A stretch of 64,000 nt of DNA from the human T2T-CHM13v2.0 reference genome, Homo sapiens. Location of the stretch: NCBI RefSeq assembly GCF_009914755.1, contig NC_060925.1. The stretch is one strand, 5' to 3'. The stretch's first letter is position 1, and every line of letters starts with the position of its first letter. The notes below the pieces were generated by a model that did not search any database, was not told the origin of the DNA, and saw only the letters and a list, made by a program, of their open reading frames with translations. Made by a program: the position numbers and the translations under genes. Positions 62,636 to 64,000 of the stretch are shown one piece after another.

Positions 62636-63299
62636 CTGTGGGAGGGAGGAGAAGAGAGTCCCTTATTATTAAGGCCTTTAGACAACATCGTGTCAGCAGA
62701 TCAGGAAGGACAGACTGGAGGCTCTCCCTCTTCCTCTTTGGCTATCCCTGGGGTTGCCAAGTCCTTCGTGGTCTATAAGAACTGCCTTGAGGATCCCCAC
62801 TATATTCTCAATACTTCAAAACTGTCAATAGAAATCTTCAAATTACTTAGGATAGAGTTGTATAGATTAACTAGAGTACTGGGTCTTTATCAACTCAGAT
62901 TTATTGTTCAGGCATCTAAAAAGCACAGAGAAGTTAAATGGCTTCCCTAACTAGTAAGTGGCAGAGTCAGGATTAGAATTCAGTTCTGCTAATTCCTCTA
63001 CCAGGGTTTTTTCCACCATTGAATATACAGGATGAAGGACGGAGAGCAAATAAAAGTGATTCTGAGCTCATGAGCCCAGGAAGCATTTCAGATCATGAGG
63101 AAAACAGAAAAATCTGAGGAATGTGGAGTCAGGAAGTGATAAGCCCAGTGTTCAAACTGTGGAATCCTCTCTCTCCAAACACCCTGAGATAGTTAATAAT
63201 GTCGACAGTGAGATATTACTGTATTTCTCTTTTCCAAAAAAGCTGAGCCAACAACAAGGTTAAAAAAAAAATACCAAGAGCCTTTCAAACCACTATGAG

Positions 63300-64000
63300 G
63301 GTTCCTGCTGCTGATTATTTCACACCTCCTCTCTCCTCAAACCCACAACCTGCCTTTCCCCCTCCTCTCTCATGTGACGACTTTGCTTTTTGTTTCACTG
63401 AAGTATAAAATAGAAAACACAAAAAGAGAACTTCCACTTATTACCACCACTAAATCAACCTACCTACCTGGATGGATGGTCTACATTCCCACTTAAGTCG
63501 AGCCTCTTCCTCCACGGAGCACTCACCTACTTCAAGGCTTTGTTTCGGCAATTGCCTCTGTCCCTCACATTATCAGGTTTTTTTTTACTAGGTTATTTCC
63601 ATCAATACACAACATATAAACTTGTAGTTTCCTTATATTAAAACTATCTCCCCTGATCCCAGGTCCATCCCCAGATACCTCTCCATTTCTGTTTTCCTTT
63701 ACAGCAAAGTGCTTTAATGTGTGTTTATAGTTTCTTTTCCCATTTCCAGACCCATTTTTCCTTGGACCCACTATAAACAGGTGTTCTTCCCCACTGCTCG
63801 CTGGAACCACCTTTGTCAAGGTCACTGTCTACTCCACTAAGCCAAGTCAAAGTTCTTATCTTACTTGCTTTCTCAGGGGTACTTGACATAGTTCATCCAT
63901 CCCTCCTTCAAACGCTGTCATCATTTGGCTCAGGGAACAACATACTCTCCCGGTTTTTCTCCTATCCTATATAGGTTGCCTCTGCTCAGTTTTCTTGGCA
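63300..64000. mobile_element. L2 fragment
   Basis: accacctttgtcaaggtcac...tcttatcttacttg...acatagttcatccatccctccttc. Confidence 0.65.

Overview
Human-type mammalian genomic DNA from the SLAM-family cluster (human chr1q23.3, recognised from the encoded proteins). Two immune-receptor genes lie on the minus strand. CD84 contributes its first exon and promoter (ATG at 4539); its intron 1 runs off the left edge. SLAMF1/CD150 contributes exons 2-7 and the 3'UTR (about 33200-62635); its exon 1 is off the right edge. Two known alternative SLAMF1 exons can also be located: the 83-nt nCD150 exon, and the short-tail DTHHQTSDLF terminal exon, which sits inside an antisense MLT1 LTR. The ~28 kb between the genes is almost all transposon debris (Tigger2, HSMAR2, L1s, Alus, MER11, MST). 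I see no new self-contained biological system. The most interesting observations are: (i) a dual-coding SLAMF1 tail reached both by the nCD150 exon and by a coding A9 slip; (ii) a two-donor templated duplication bracketing the ITSM-bearing exon 5; (iii) two inverted L1PA copies sharing many non-consensus bases, one with a twin-priming inversion plus a 139-bp templated insert; (iv) candidate intronic-polyadenylation isoforms; (v) a Thr333 allele. Repeat subfamily names come from recalled consensus sequences and their boundaries are approximate.
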